From positions 10,702 to 74,701 of the IMG/VR virus record IMGVR_UViG_3300046542_000335: 64,000 nt of DNA. One strand, given 5' to 3'. Every line of letters starts with the position of its first letter. Position 1 is the first letter of the stretch. Position numbers and translations under genes: made by a program. This stretch comes from a virus. This document shows, piece by piece, positions 27,664-37,663 of this stretch. Under the pieces are notes generated by a model. That model did not search any database and had not been told where the DNA came from. It saw only the letters and a list, made by a program, of their open reading frames with translations.

Positions 27664-28370
27664 GCGAAGATGACGAATATACTGACTACCTGAATGCGCT
27701 CGGCAAATTGGAGGCGTGTCCGGCAGGGCGGTACTTGATCGACCTGAACCAGCGCATTAGTACAGATTTCTTCAAGTGCCGCTGCGGTGCTGCTGAGACA
27801 AGGGCGCTGGGTGAGCTTGAAGCTTTCTGCACAGTGAAGGACTACAAGGTCGTCGAGGGTCTCCGTAAGAAGGATATCCCGTGCGAGTGCACACCGGGTG
27901 CCTTCGCCAGGAGACTTGCTGCCGAAAGGGTCCCAATGGTGGTCTTGCCTCAGAGTGAACCTCACCCGGATGAGAGGAAGTACCGTCGTCGAGAAGAACG
28001 GGAGTACGGTGGCGTCAAGTACTACTGTTACTTCTACGGTGACGATTGGCTCACGAGGAAGATCCAGGAAGTCAGGGAAAACCCGGTAAAGGACTTCTTG
28101 GCCGATTGGACCAACCCTGATCCGCTGTCCTTCGGCATCCATCATCACGTCCCAGAGTTCCCATCCTTCCTCGATATCGCTAAGAATGGCGTACGAATGA
28201 AAGATCGACCTATCGCGAGGCCTAGTCCGGAGGCTGTCGCCGCCATTACCGATGCGCATACAGGCGTAACCCAAAGCCTCAACGATGCGCTGAAAGAGGT
28301 GCGGCATAAAGGGGAGAGTTTCCCCTCCCCATTTTTAACCCATGTCTACACGGTGAATCCGGATGAGTGA
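27660..28370 (+). CDS. Hypothetical protein, 236 aa
   Basis: ATGA overlap with the polymerase stop. Confidence 0.6.
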   Translation: MSEDDEYTDYLNALGKLEACPAGRYLIDLNQRISTDFFKCRCGAAETRALGELEAFCTVKDYKVVEGLRKKDIPCECTPGAFARRLAAERVPMVVLPQSEPHPDERKYRRREEREYGGVKYYCYFYGDDWLTRKIQEVRENPVKDFLADWTNPDPLSFGIHHHVPEFPSFLDIAKNGVRMKDRPIARPSPEAVAAITDAHTGVTQSLNDALKEVRHKGESFPSPFLTHVYTVNPDE

Positions 28371-28869
28371 AGTGTACCGATACAACGAAGGTGAGGCGGA
28401 GAAGTCGAAAGACATGATGGCCTTGCTGATCGAAGGCCTCAGAGCCTCCTGCTACGCCAGAAGTAAACCGACCGCCCTTGGGCCAACATCCCTAGCAAGG
28501 GCTGCGCGCTTCAACTTCGGTGGTGACTGGGATTTCGTAATGGAACCCGGTATCGCCGTGACCCGTAAACTCAGTGTCGAGCTGGATCCTAACGACCCAG
28601 ATCCGTTGGGTACCTGCCTACTCCTCAAGAAGGCGAGCGATGATGCCATCCGCAAGCGCACCATTGAGGAGCTCATCCTACCGGACCTGCAAGCCATGTA
28701 CGCCCCAGACCTGGATTGGCACAAGGCGCTCCAGAAGCAGATCGCCGAAGCCATGGGTCTACCGGCACACTTCCTGGAACCAGTCAAGAAGATAGCCGGT
28801 ATGGGACGCTACTACAGCGAATCCATCGGAACGCCTTGGCCAGGGTACTACAGCTTCGAAGAGACGTAA
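28363..28869 (+). CDS. Hypothetical protein, 168 aa
   Basis: Overlaps the upstream stop; 3' end overlaps the convergent gene. Confidence 0.6.
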   Translation: MSEVYRYNEGEAEKSKDMMALLIEGLRASCYARSKPTALGPTSLARAARFNFGGDWDFVMEPGIAVTRKLSVELDPNDPDPLGTCLLLKKASDDAIRKRTIEELILPDLQAMYAPDLDWHKALQKQIAEAMGLPAHFLEPVKKIAGMGRYYSESIGTPWPGYYSFEET

Positions 28870-29924
28870 CGGACGAAGCGGTCTTCCAAGAAGGCTGCGT
28901 TGTCTGCTGTCTGTCCGGCACTGAAGTACTTGTCCTGCTCAGCCCGGATAACCGTCCGGCGGAGTTTGATCATGGTAGGTAGCATCTTGTCCTCACCCAC
29001 CTTGTCGGCCCAGTAAATGGCCAATGCAGCACGGGATTCCTTTTGGGTCAGAATAGCCCAGAGGATCTGGTGGGTAGGGACTGTGGATGGGAATGCCCCA
29101 GCCTCCAATGCATCCTGACTATAAAGAGTGGGAATGCTTGCCAGGATCTGATTGGCCGTCATACGGCGCGATGCGATCTTGTTGTAGGCATCCTCAATGA
29201 TTTCGTCGGCATGCGTGTCTGTAGGCGTCTGGGCGAACAGGAGGTTGGACTTGACGGAGCATTCCTTACGGAGTCCGCACTTGACCAGCATCTTGTTGAA
29301 CATCACCTGATCCAGGTGGGACTTCATCATCCCTGGGAGTAGCACAGAGGTAATGAAGGTTTCGTTGTTCTCGAATGGGTTGGCTGCTTTCCACATCCGC
29401 CACTGACAGGCCAATAGAGGGATGTCGATGTTTACCACCGCAAGTCCCCGCTTCGAGGTACGGGCTTCGTTCATGACGCCCAACTCGTAGACGGTCAGTT
29501 CGGTGACCGGATGTTCCAGCACTTCAATGGCGGATACTGAGCGCCAGTCTTTCCAGAGGTCCATCCAGTTCCAGTTCTCGGACCGGACAAAGGTGATGAT
29601 CTCTGGGCAGTTATCGTAGAAGTGACCTTCCTTATGGATGCGGCCACGACTATAGGGGGAGGTGATCCCGAGCGTTCCACAGATGCGTTCACAGTCAGTC
29701 GTGACTTGATCGATGTAACCCAGCATGTCCCCGCGGAAAGGTGTCGTGAGGGTGGACAGGAGTTTCATGAGGAGATGGGAGGAAGCCAAACGACCTGAGA
29801 CGGTCTGGCGGAGATCCGTGTACTTCTTGAGGTTCTCAGCCACCCGACCCTGGAGGTAGGTCATTCGGGCGTACTGAAACGGACTGTCATCGAATCCGTT
29901 GGTGCGGTGGAAACTCGTGTTCAT
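28848..29924 (-). CDS. Conserved protein divergent from chmA (phiKZ gp52-like)
   Basis: About 358 aa starting MNTSF; lies between polymerase and chimallin as in phiKZ. Confidence 0.65.
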   Translation of the reverse strand: MNTSFHRTNGFDDSPFQYARMTYLQGRVAENLKKYTDLRQTVSGRLASSHLLMKLLSTLTTPFRGDMLGYIDQVTTDCERICGTLGITSPYSRGRIHKEGHFYDNCPEIITFVRSENWNWMDLWKDWRSVSAIEVLEHPVTELTVYELGVMNEARTSKRGLAVVNIDIPLLACQWRMWKAANPFENNETFITSVLLPGMMKSHLDQVMFNKMLVKCGLRKECSVKSNLLFAQTPTDTHADEIIEDAYNKIASRRMTANQILASIPTLYSQDALEAGAFPSTVPTHQILWAILTQKESRAALAIYWADKVGEDKMLPTMIKLRRTVIRAEQDKYFSAGQTADNAAFLEDRFVRYVSSKL

Positions 29925-29942
29925 TTCAGTAATCCATTGAAT

Positions 29943-29958
29943 GTTGTAAAATATTACA
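29943..29958 (+). promoter_or_regulatory. GTTGTAAAATATTACA box
   Basis: Exact 16-bp copy of 17817-17832; contains TGTAA-N4-TTACA dyad. Confidence 0.55.
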
Positions 29959-30062
29959 TACCTGTATGTATAGTATGTAAAATAACTCGCCTGGTGTAAC
30001 AACCGGGCAAGCACCCATGCCGCGTCTATTGCGGTTTGGCTGGAATGGTAGGATCTCGTTGT

Positions 30063-30093
30063 AAAAATTCACAGACCTACATTATTCTAGTGA
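30063..30093 (+). promoter_or_regulatory. Putative phage promoter for chmA (TACATTAT core 30078-30085)
   Basis: AAAAATTCACAGACCTACATTATTCTAGTGA matches copies at 39474 and 44390. Confidence 0.65.
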
Positions 30094-30273
30094 CACAGAC
30101 CGCAACTGTTGTTAACCCGCAGTCCGCTAGTACAACGGATGAGTAGGCCCAGTGTCTACGACGGTAGAAATCCCACTGGGAACCTTCAATAGCGATACGA
30201 AGGAATCGTACTGAATTCTGGGAATAGGTCCCACTCGCTGAATAAAACGTGTATACACATCTGGAGATGCAAC

Positions 30274-32253
30274 ATGAGCGATACTTTTGTAACTGACGCA
30301 CCTGCTTCCGAGCCACGTCGTGAAGATACCCGTTCCGAGCTGCGCGAAGATACCCGCCGCGACGAACGTGATTCCCGCGATGGTGACCGTGGCAGCCGTG
30401 GTCGTCGCGATGAGAATCGTGATACCCAGGTGACCTTCGCTGACATGTCGCGTCTGCAAGCCCGTCCTTCCATGGGCGGCCTCAGCGACGCGGTACTGGC
30501 CACGCTGGTCAACACCTTCGAGAACGCCAAGTCGTACGACAAGCCGGGCGTTCCTGCTGAAACCAAGCGCAACCTGTTCAAGGTCATCCCGATGGATGGC
30601 TCGCTGGCACGTTCTTCGCAATCCAGCCTGCTGGTGGTTCTGCCTGCTGTAATCGGTGCCGAGCGTTTCGCACTGACCTACATCCTGCTGATCGAACAAT
30701 CCGGCGATGTACAAACCCGTCCGTTGATCGAACGCGGCGAAACGTTTGATGCTCTGGTTCTGCCAGAAGATCACCTGACCGAAACGTACATCAACATCGT
30801 ACGTGATCAGGCAGCTGCTGCCGTTGGCGGCGTGGCTCGTGTTGTTGGCAATCAGGTTATCCTGGCTGACACCTTCACGCACCGCACCGAGAAAGAGATG
30901 GAGCAGATCATTGCTCACATCTACGATAATGCCTTCGAGGCGATCTGCGGGTTCCGCGAGAACATGATCGACGCCAAGTCGGGCGTTCGTTCCTCGCAGT
31001 TCCGTGTTAGCCCGGACAAGATGGGTAAAGGCTCCCGCCTGGAAGTTTCGTTCGACTACACCGGTAAGCAAGTGGTTGATACCTCTGGCCTGCCGATCCG
31101 TAGCGACGTGACCACCAACCTGTACTACTCCGAGCCGAACGGCGACGACAACCTGTTCTCCCGTACCAAAATGGGCGACATTCGCTGCGGCCTGGACCTG
31201 TTCGTCTCCTACGACGAGAAGGGCGAAAGCGAGCAACGTCGTTTCGGCGGTCGTCGCCGTCGTGGTCGTGATCTGGAATCTCCGTTCTGGCAAGCAGTGT
31301 TGAACATCAACTCTGTTGGCTCGGGCGACTTCCCGTACTCGCTGGAACTGGCGCAACTGCTGATCGCTCAGTCGGTGCAACAGTCCAACGATTACCGTTG
31401 GGCCACCATGCTGCGTCCGCGTAGCACCATGGCAGAAGGTCTGAAGCCTCTGATGTCGCTGGGCCATCTGTTCCTGATGAACCCGGACGAAGAAGCTGCA
31501 TGCGTTGCCAAGGACATCGGTCCGAACATCAACGACAACGACCTGGCCGATTACCTCGACCTGACCGTCAAGCCGGACATCGCCTTCGGCATGACCGTTC
31601 CATCCTCGGGCGAGAAGTCCTGGGTACTGTCGATCTACGAGCGCATTGCGATCGCAGAGCCTGGCAGCGAGCTGGACGATCTGATCGACCTGCTGCACGC
31701 CTCGGCTGACGTGCTGACCGGCAACCGCTTCAGCGCGGCGCTGGAGAAGCGTAACCTGGGTAACGACTACCGTCCGGTGTACACCACCGGTAGCCGTGCT
31801 CTGCTGGGCACCTGGTTGGACGAGAACCAGAACCGTCGTGACGTCCGTGAATGGAACGTCCCTGCGTTGCTGGCTCGTGTTGGCGAGAAGAACCTGGATC
31901 TGGTATCGGACTTCCAGGCTACTTTCGAAGACACCCGTCGTTCGATCGAGTTCAACCTGGCTGAGCGTTACGCGATCCTGCGTAAAGTGGTTCCTGGTCT
32001 GCACGTTACCGGCACTGCCGAGCAACTGGCGTTCGACCTGGACTACCTGATCGCTCTGCAAGACGCGCTGGATGGTGCGAAGATGTCTCCGCACGTTTCG
32101 TCCAACGATGGTCTGTCGACTCGTCGCTCGATCGGTCACGATGGCTACAGCCGCTACGCTACCAGCGAAATCGGTCGTACCCGTCGCAACCGTAACGACG
32201 ACAACGTCGACCGTCGCGGTCGTCGTCCGTACAACGGTGGCAACTACTACTAA
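30274..32253 (+). CDS. chmA: Chimallin, the major phage nuclear shell protein (phiKZ gp54-like)
   Basis: 659 aa, highly-expressed codon bias, disordered termini, 'D..GLPIRSD' segment; directly upstream of the nvRNAP beta' gene as in nucleus-forming phages. Confidence 0.85.
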   Translation: MSDTFVTDAPASEPRREDTRSELREDTRRDERDSRDGDRGSRGRRDENRDTQVTFADMSRLQARPSMGGLSDAVLATLVNTFENAKSYDKPGVPAETKRNLFKVIPMDGSLARSSQSSLLVVLPAVIGAERFALTYILLIEQSGDVQTRPLIERGETFDALVLPEDHLTETYINIVRDQAAAAVGGVARVVGNQVILADTFTHRTEKEMEQIIAHIYDNAFEAICGFRENMIDAKSGVRSSQFRVSPDKMGKGSRLEVSFDYTGKQVVDTSGLPIRSDVTTNLYYSEPNGDDNLFSRTKMGDIRCGLDLFVSYDEKGESEQRRFGGRRRRGRDLESPFWQAVLNINSVGSGDFPYSLELAQLLIAQSVQQSNDYRWATMLRPRSTMAEGLKPLMSLGHLFLMNPDEEAACVAKDIGPNINDNDLADYLDLTVKPDIAFGMTVPSSGEKSWVLSIYERIAIAEPGSELDDLIDLLHASADVLTGNRFSAALEKRNLGNDYRPVYTTGSRALLGTWLDENQNRRDVREWNVPALLARVGEKNLDLVSDFQATFEDTRRSIEFNLAERYAILRKVVPGLHVTGTAEQLAFDLDYLIALQDALDGAKMSPHVSSNDGLSTRRSIGHDGYSRYATSEIGRTRRNRNDDNVDRRGRRPYNGGNYY

Positions 32254-32280
32254 GCAACACTAGTAGTAGGTTAATCTGAG

Positions 32281-32316
32281 CGGAGGGGGCAACCCCTCCG
32301 TCTCTATTTTTTATTT
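32281..32316 (+). terminator. Intrinsic terminator after chmA
   Basis: CGGAGGGG/CCCCTCCG stem plus T run. Confidence 0.75.
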
Positions 32317-32336
32317 ATGTCCCACCGGAGAGAAGT

Positions 32337-33827
32337 ATGGAACTCATTACAGGCGATATTACAGAGCCCCGCTTCCGGTACATTGGACGTAAGGGGATCT
32401 ATCCGGTCATCGTGGATTACGACGATCTGTTTCGCCGTTTGGGTACCGAGCCAGTGTTGGCAAACGACATTGACCTGTCGACGGAGGAAGGTCGAGTCCG
32501 GTTTAACCGTCTTGTGTACAGTAGTTACGATGGTGACGTGTTCTCTAACGTTCCCTCCTGCCCCTGCCGTGAGACAAAAGGTGGTCACCTGGTTCATCGC
32601 CGGTGTCCGAACTGTGGTTTTGAATGCCTACCCGTTACTGAACAGAGTATTGAACCTCTGGTCTGGGTGCGCGTACCGGAAGGAATCCCTGGGTTCCTCA
32701 ACCTCACCGTTTATACGCAGCTGCGCAAGAAGCTGTTAAAGAATGGATTCTCTGCACTGGATTGGTTCTTGGACCCGTCTTATCAGGCCTTGAAAGAGGA
32801 CTGTCCCGTTGAAGCTGTCGTTACCCGCATGGGTTTCAAACGTGGTCTAACCTCGTTCCATGACAACTTTGACGACATCGTTACTGCTTTATGCCGCACA
32901 CGGACTTTCTTTGCCGATAAAGAAGGTAAGGAAATGCTGCGGTTTATCGAGTTTATCCGCAACAAAGTGTTCTGCCAATACCTGCCATTCCCGAGTAAGA
33001 TCGGGTTCATTCTGGAAACCGTAGGGGAACGAATCTACGCAGACCCGAAGATGGCGCCTGCGTTAAACGCATTGCTGTCCATTGCGAACACTGAACGTGC
33101 CCGCAAACGTTCCATGGCCCAAGTAGAGTCCCGCGTGGCTCGATCTCTGGCTAACCTGACGATGTACTATCAGGAGAACGAAAAGAACAAGATCTTCCCG
33201 AAGAAGGGGATCTTCCGCAAACTGGCCTACGGGGTGGATCCGCACTGGACTTTCCGGACGGTGATCACTTCCAAACACACGCCGCATAACCACGAAGAAC
33301 TCGACATTCCTTGGGGCACTGCGGTCTTAACGTTAAAACTTCACATTGCGAACAAATTACGTAGAGAAGGTTATACTCCCAACGAGATCTTCACCCTCAT
33401 CTACGATAACGTTCTACGAACTCACCACAAGCTGGAGCGAATCTTCGATCAGCTGATCGCGGAAACACCTGGCGGCAAAGGGATACCGTGTACATTCACG
33501 CGATTCCCATCCCTGAAGCGTGGCTCTACTCAACGCTTCTACATCAGGACCATCAAGCGTGATCCTAACCAACTGAGTACCAGTATCTCGGTACTCTGCC
33601 TCAAGGCACCAAACGCCGACTTTGACGGCGACTACATGTCTGGTCAACTGGCGCTGGATAACTTCACAGCCCGCGCTTTCGATCGGATGGCACCTAGCAC
33701 TGGTATCATGGACTTGGACGTACCGTTCCAGGTGAGCGACCATGCGATGATCCCGGCTCCGGTATTGTCAACCATCAATGCTAGACTCGAGGAAGGGGAA
33801 GATCATTCTGTTGAATTGGAGGGCTAA
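32337..33827 (+). CDS. Non-virion RNA polymerase beta' N-terminal subunit (phiKZ gp55/56.1-like)
   Basis: Zn finger CPC...CPNC; 'KKGIFRK'; 'RFPSL'; catalytic 'NADFDGD'. Confidence 0.92.
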   Translation: MELITGDITEPRFRYIGRKGIYPVIVDYDDLFRRLGTEPVLANDIDLSTEEGRVRFNRLVYSSYDGDVFSNVPSCPCRETKGGHLVHRRCPNCGFECLPVTEQSIEPLVWVRVPEGIPGFLNLTVYTQLRKKLLKNGFSALDWFLDPSYQALKEDCPVEAVVTRMGFKRGLTSFHDNFDDIVTALCRTRTFFADKEGKEMLRFIEFIRNKVFCQYLPFPSKIGFILETVGERIYADPKMAPALNALLSIANTERARKRSMAQVESRVARSLANLTMYYQENEKNKIFPKKGIFRKLAYGVDPHWTFRTVITSKHTPHNHEELDIPWGTAVLTLKLHIANKLRREGYTPNEIFTLIYDNVLRTHHKLERIFDQLIAETPGGKGIPCTFTRFPSLKRGSTQRFYIRTIKRDPNQLSTSISVLCLKAPNADFDGDYMSGQLALDNFTARAFDRMAPSTGIMDLDVPFQVSDHAMIPAPVLSTINARLEEGEDHSVELEG

Positions 33828-33832
33828 CAATC

Positions 33833-34456
33833 ATGGCGTACATTGTATCAGACGGTGACGCCGATGTGATACACGCATCGACACACGGGATGATGTCTCG
33901 CGCCGACCTGGAGTTCTTCCGGGATCGAGTGGACAGAGTCGCGCGTTCGGCGGGTAACTTTGCTTCACGTTACTTGACCCGAGCGAAAGAGGCGTTGGAC
34001 AACTTCGACTTCAGCTCCATCCGCGATCGTGTGGAAGGTATGCGGGATCGATTCGGGAGACGCTGGGATGAAGACCGCATTCTTCCCCTGGTAAACCTGG
34101 CCGATTTCCAGAACGCCAAACCACGCAACCGAGCGGTCGTCATGTCGAACCCACGCTACCGAGCCTTGTGGTATAAAGGTCAGGCAGATGGGTACGATGG
34201 TCTGTACGAAGACGACGAACGCGACAGTATCGGTCGTGAGCACGACATGTACCGTGAAATCATGAACGGTGCACACGTCGAAGGGGAAGAGGGCGAAGAT
34301 ACTTTCGTCACCTACCTCGGAGTTGTGGACGAACACGGCGACGCCAAGTTCAACCAGAACGAGAAAGATACAGCTCGAGACATCTACAGAACTCTCGAAG
34401 AGATTCTGGACCGGGGCAAGCAAGACCCTGGCAGTCTCGTTCGCAAGACGTTGTAA
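33833..34456 (+). CDS. Conserved protein (phiKZ gp59/Imp3-like by position)
   Basis: 207 aa following nvRNAP beta'; 'LADFQNA....R.VVMSNP..R.LW......DGY'. Confidence 0.55.
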   Translation: MAYIVSDGDADVIHASTHGMMSRADLEFFRDRVDRVARSAGNFASRYLTRAKEALDNFDFSSIRDRVEGMRDRFGRRWDEDRILPLVNLADFQNAKPRNRAVVMSNPRYRALWYKGQADGYDGLYEDDERDSIGREHDMYREIMNGAHVEGEEGEDTFVTYLGVVDEHGDAKFNQNEKDTARDIYRTLEEILDRGKQDPGSLVRKTL

Positions 34457-34462
34457 TGGACT

Positions 34463-34498
34463 GGGGAGCTTCGGCTCCCCTGACCCCTTTCTTTTTTT
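34463..34498 (+). terminator. Intrinsic terminator with C(UUCG)G loop
   Basis: GGGGAGC-TTCG-GCTCCCC with T-rich tail. Confidence 0.8.
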
Positions 34499-34537
34499 GT
34501 CATAATAGGATGTATTCAACGACTGAGGTAGATTCCT

Positions 34538-34963
34538 ATGTCTACGAGCATCCTAGGTCTGGGCAAGGAAGGAGTCATCTCTGATATTGACATCAAGATC
34601 GACTACCTGATGTGCACTTTCTTCTTCGCAAAACACAGCCAATCGACCCTGTACCGTAACAGCATCACTTCCCTGGCCAAGATCATCCAACTCTACGGAG
34701 ACGATGACCTGACCATTCCGGGAGAGATCCAAACGGAACTACAGAAGTTCCTGGCCAAATTCTTCTCCTCCGCTCAAGTGACAGTCGACGTCGAGAACGA
34801 TGGCGATGATCCAGGCATCAACCTGAAAATTGAAGCGGTGGTGACAGATAGCACGCCTTCGGGTACCGTTAGCACAAGCATCGGTTACTCGTTGACGACT
34901 CGAGACTCCGCACTCAAGTCGATCGTGAACGTTAGTAATGGCACCATTGTATACACCTCGTAA
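34538..34963 (+). CDS. Conserved protein (phiKZ gp62-like; possibly T4 gp25-like baseplate fold)
   Basis: 'SQSTLY...ITSL..IIQ.YG' pattern; GAGG RBS; fold is an inference. Confidence 0.55.
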   Translation: MSTSILGLGKEGVISDIDIKIDYLMCTFFFAKHSQSTLYRNSITSLAKIIQLYGDDDLTIPGEIQTELQKFLAKFFSSAQVTVDVENDGDDPGINLKIEAVVTDSTPSGTVSTSIGYSLTTRDSALKSIVNVSNGTIVYTS

Positions 34964-34992
34964 CCCAAAACCCCGCCTATTAAGGAAGTAAC

Positions 34993-35589
34993 ATGTCTCA
35001 AGTAGAAACCGCAGCACCGATCGCCTTCCCATCGACCACCGAAGAACTGCGTGCCTTCGTTGCCGGGACCATGACCGAAGTGCTGAACATCCCTGAAAAC
35101 AAGGCCATCCAGGCTGAATCCCTGCTGGGCTTCCTGCTGGGCCTGGTTCAGGAACGTCGTGCCAAAGACGACCGTGCCCAGTTCCGTCCGGTGGTTGTAT
35201 CCACCTACTACCGCGGCGCTGCTCGTGCCACCTGCGGCGTGAAGGAAGGCGAGTTCTTCGTCCAGTTCGAAGAAGAAGCCAAGGACGCCGATGGCAAGCT
35301 GGTTCTGGAAGCGCACGACGTCAATGGCGTGTCGATGACCCGTCCGGTCTGGAAAGCCATGCCGCTGGAAGCCGGTCCCCTGGAAATGCTGACCAAGCTG
35401 GTTCTGTCCCAGCCAGTACAGCCAGGCCAGGTCTTCTACGTTACCACCGCAGCTGGCATCGAAGCGCACATGGAAGCCATGACCGACATGTTCCAGGCTA
35501 CCGACGCCACGCGCACCAAGCTGGACGGCGCCAGCAAAGAAGAACTGTTGGCCTCGGGTGAAGCGCAAGCCTTCGCCGAAGCTCAGTAA
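34993..35589 (+). CDS. Hypothetical protein, 198 aa
   Basis: AAGGA RBS; strong codon bias. Confidence 0.8.
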   Translation: MSQVETAAPIAFPSTTEELRAFVAGTMTEVLNIPENKAIQAESLLGFLLGLVQERRAKDDRAQFRPVVVSTYYRGAARATCGVKEGEFFVQFEEEAKDADGKLVLEAHDVNGVSMTRPVWKAMPLEAGPLEMLTKLVLSQPVQPGQVFYVTTAAGIEAHMEAMTDMFQATDATRTKLDGASKEELLASGEAQAFAEAQ

Positions 35590-35649
35590 TTCGGCCGTAA
35601 CAATCACAGCTGGAGGGTGAAAACCCTCCAGCTTGACAAGGATTTTTTT

Positions 35650-36294
35650 ATGACGCCTCAAGATCAAGCCAACCACACCTACCATGAAATCGTACGTCGG
35701 GGCCTGGAAGGCTTCGACAGTGCGGTAGAAGCCATCAACGCCGGTAGCTCTGCTCGTGTGCGTAACGTGCGGGAGAAGTACTTCCAGGCTGTCATACTGC
35801 CTATTCTCCGCAAGCGTGTGCGTAACGAAGTCTGCGAAGACCTGGGCGTCTGGTTGAACACGGCTGATGGCCTGCACAACCCGATGAACATCGTGGACGA
35901 TTCCGGCGCCCTGCTGTTTGTCTGCCCACCTGCCTTCATCGACCAGCAGCTTAACACAAAGCCGCCTGAGGGCCGTTTCACTACAACCCACCACGTAGTG
36001 CAGCAGCAAGCCGATATGATCGCCAACGGCGACATGCGCGGTATCATGGCTATCGAGGAAGGTATCTTTGAGGCCCACAAACCTCAGACCGAAATGCATC
36101 ATCGCGCTGATGCGATTATGTTGTTGGTAGATATTTACAAGTTCTACCAGATACCTATGGAAGAACTGCTCGGACCTCAAGCCAACGAGATCCTGGCATT
36201 GGCCAACAAGCGCGATTCCACGAAAGTCGCTTTGCCCACCCCGCAACAAGAAGAGATCCATGACGAACCCTCAGACGATGACCTCATCTACTGA
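35650..36294 (+). CDS. Conserved hypothetical protein with an acidic C-terminal tip
   Basis: AAGGA RBS; ends EPSDDDLIY. Confidence 0.7.
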   Translation: MTPQDQANHTYHEIVRRGLEGFDSAVEAINAGSSARVRNVREKYFQAVILPILRKRVRNEVCEDLGVWLNTADGLHNPMNIVDDSGALLFVCPPAFIDQQLNTKPPEGRFTTTHHVVQQQADMIANGDMRGIMAIEEGIFEAHKPQTEMHHRADAIMLLVDIYKFYQIPMEELLGPQANEILALANKRDSTKVALPTPQQEEIHDEPSDDDLIY

Positions 36295-37447
36295 GACTCG
36301 CATCCTCCGCGTTAAGCTCAACGGTATAACCGCCGCCATCCGTCAAATAGATGAAGGTTATACCGTGGCACTTATCAGCGACGTCCATTTGGGACATGGA
36401 CGAGTCCACGCCACTAAAGTGATCAAAACCCTCAACACAATGTTCCCAGAGTCTCGGTTAGCCGGGATTGACATGGTGATGATCACAGGCGACCTGTTTG
36501 ATAAACGATTGACCTACGACAGTGACGATGCGTTGCTGATCACCCGGTGGATCGAGATCTTCCTCCGCCTCTGCGCCAGACACAATGTCGCTGTGCGGAT
36601 TCTGGAAGGTACGCCTAGCCACGACAACAAACAGTCGCGTTGGCTGCCATTGATTAACGAAGTGTCGAACATCAACCTCGACATCAAGTATTACGGCACG
36701 CTGGCGATTGATGAGTTGTACGAAGGAGGGCCTCTGGCGCTGTACGTGCCGGACGAAGTAAACCACGACGCCAGTGTTACCTGGATGCAGGTAAACGAGC
36801 TCCTGCGTCAACGTGGAGTCTCTCAGGTGCATTACGCGTTCATGCACGGCATGTTCACGTACCAAGAGCCAATCCGAACCGTAGTCAGCCATAACGTCGA
36901 CAACTATCACTCGATCGTGACCGAGCGGATCTACATCGGACACCACCACACCCACACCACCTGTGGGCGCATTACCGTACCGGGCTCCCCTGAGCGTTTG
37001 CGGCATAACGAGGAGGAGGACAAAGGCCACCTCCAGTTTACCATCGCAAAAGATTGGACCTGCCACAACGAACTCTTCATTATTAACGAAGATGCGACGA
37101 TCTTCTCGACCTTTGACCTTAAAGGCGTGCAGATCAAGGCAGCGTACAAGTTCCTTGAAAGTCACGAGCATCTCCCGCAGGGTAGCCATATCCGCCTGGA
37201 GATCAGTCGTGAAGATCCTGCGTATGCAGCCTTGGCTGAGATCAAAGCCAGGTTCCCTCAGTTCAACATCACGACCAAAGTGGTGGAAGCTGATGCCTAT
37301 ACGCCAGACACCACTGATCTGATCGAACGGCCAGTCATCACGGCTATCCGTCCGGACACGATCAACGACCTCCTGTGGTCGCGTGTGAAAGATGTAGAGA
37401 AACCTGTCCTTGATTGTATCCAACGAATCCTTGCGGAGGCTGCATGA
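36260..37447 (+). CDS. SbcD/Mre11-like metallophosphoesterase nuclease (phiKZ gp65-like)
   Basis: Motifs 'SDVHLG', 'GDLFD', 'GTPSHD', 'MHG', 'GHHH', 'PGSPER'. Confidence 0.9.
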   Translation: MTNPQTMTSSTETRILRVKLNGITAAIRQIDEGYTVALISDVHLGHGRVHATKVIKTLNTMFPESRLAGIDMVMITGDLFDKRLTYDSDDALLITRWIEIFLRLCARHNVAVRILEGTPSHDNKQSRWLPLINEVSNINLDIKYYGTLAIDELYEGGPLALYVPDEVNHDASVTWMQVNELLRQRGVSQVHYAFMHGMFTYQEPIRTVVSHNVDNYHSIVTERIYIGHHHTHTTCGRITVPGSPERLRHNEEEDKGHLQFTIAKDWTCHNELFIINEDATIFSTFDLKGVQIKAAYKFLESHEHLPQGSHIRLEISREDPAYAALAEIKARFPQFNITTKVVEADAYTPDTTDLIERPVITAIRPDTINDLLWSRVKDVEKPVLDCIQRILAEAA

Positions 37448-37644
37448 AGAATATCCCACGTCTGTATACCCTCAGACAACTGATCGCTACCACGGCGGGT
37501 GAGGAAGGCACTCGTGTCCTCATCAACAACCAGTGGGTCCCAGCCCGCCCTATGGGGTACGGTGGGATCGTTCGTCGCTTCAAGCTAGCCTGGAAGGTCT
37601 TCACGGGCAAAGCTGACGCGGTCACCTGGCCGGGTAACCAATGA
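37444..37644 (+). CDS. Small hypothetical protein, 66 aa
   Basis: GGAGG RBS; ATGA overlap. Confidence 0.7.
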   Translation: MKNIPRLYTLRQLIATTAGEEGTRVLINNQWVPARPMGYGGIVRRFKLAWKVFTGKADAVTWPGNQ

Positions 37645-37663
37645 TCGCTCCTGGAGTGACATC

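Noticed and set aside
30191-30239. Three-way junction containing CTGA, reminiscent of a hammerhead ribozyme
   Set aside because: The CUGANGA and GAAA core is incomplete (CTGAATTC; no correctly placed GAAA).
35642-35649. A-T7 run as another frameshift site
   Set aside because: It lies between the RBS and the probable ATG 35650, just after a hairpin, so it is outside the coding sequence.
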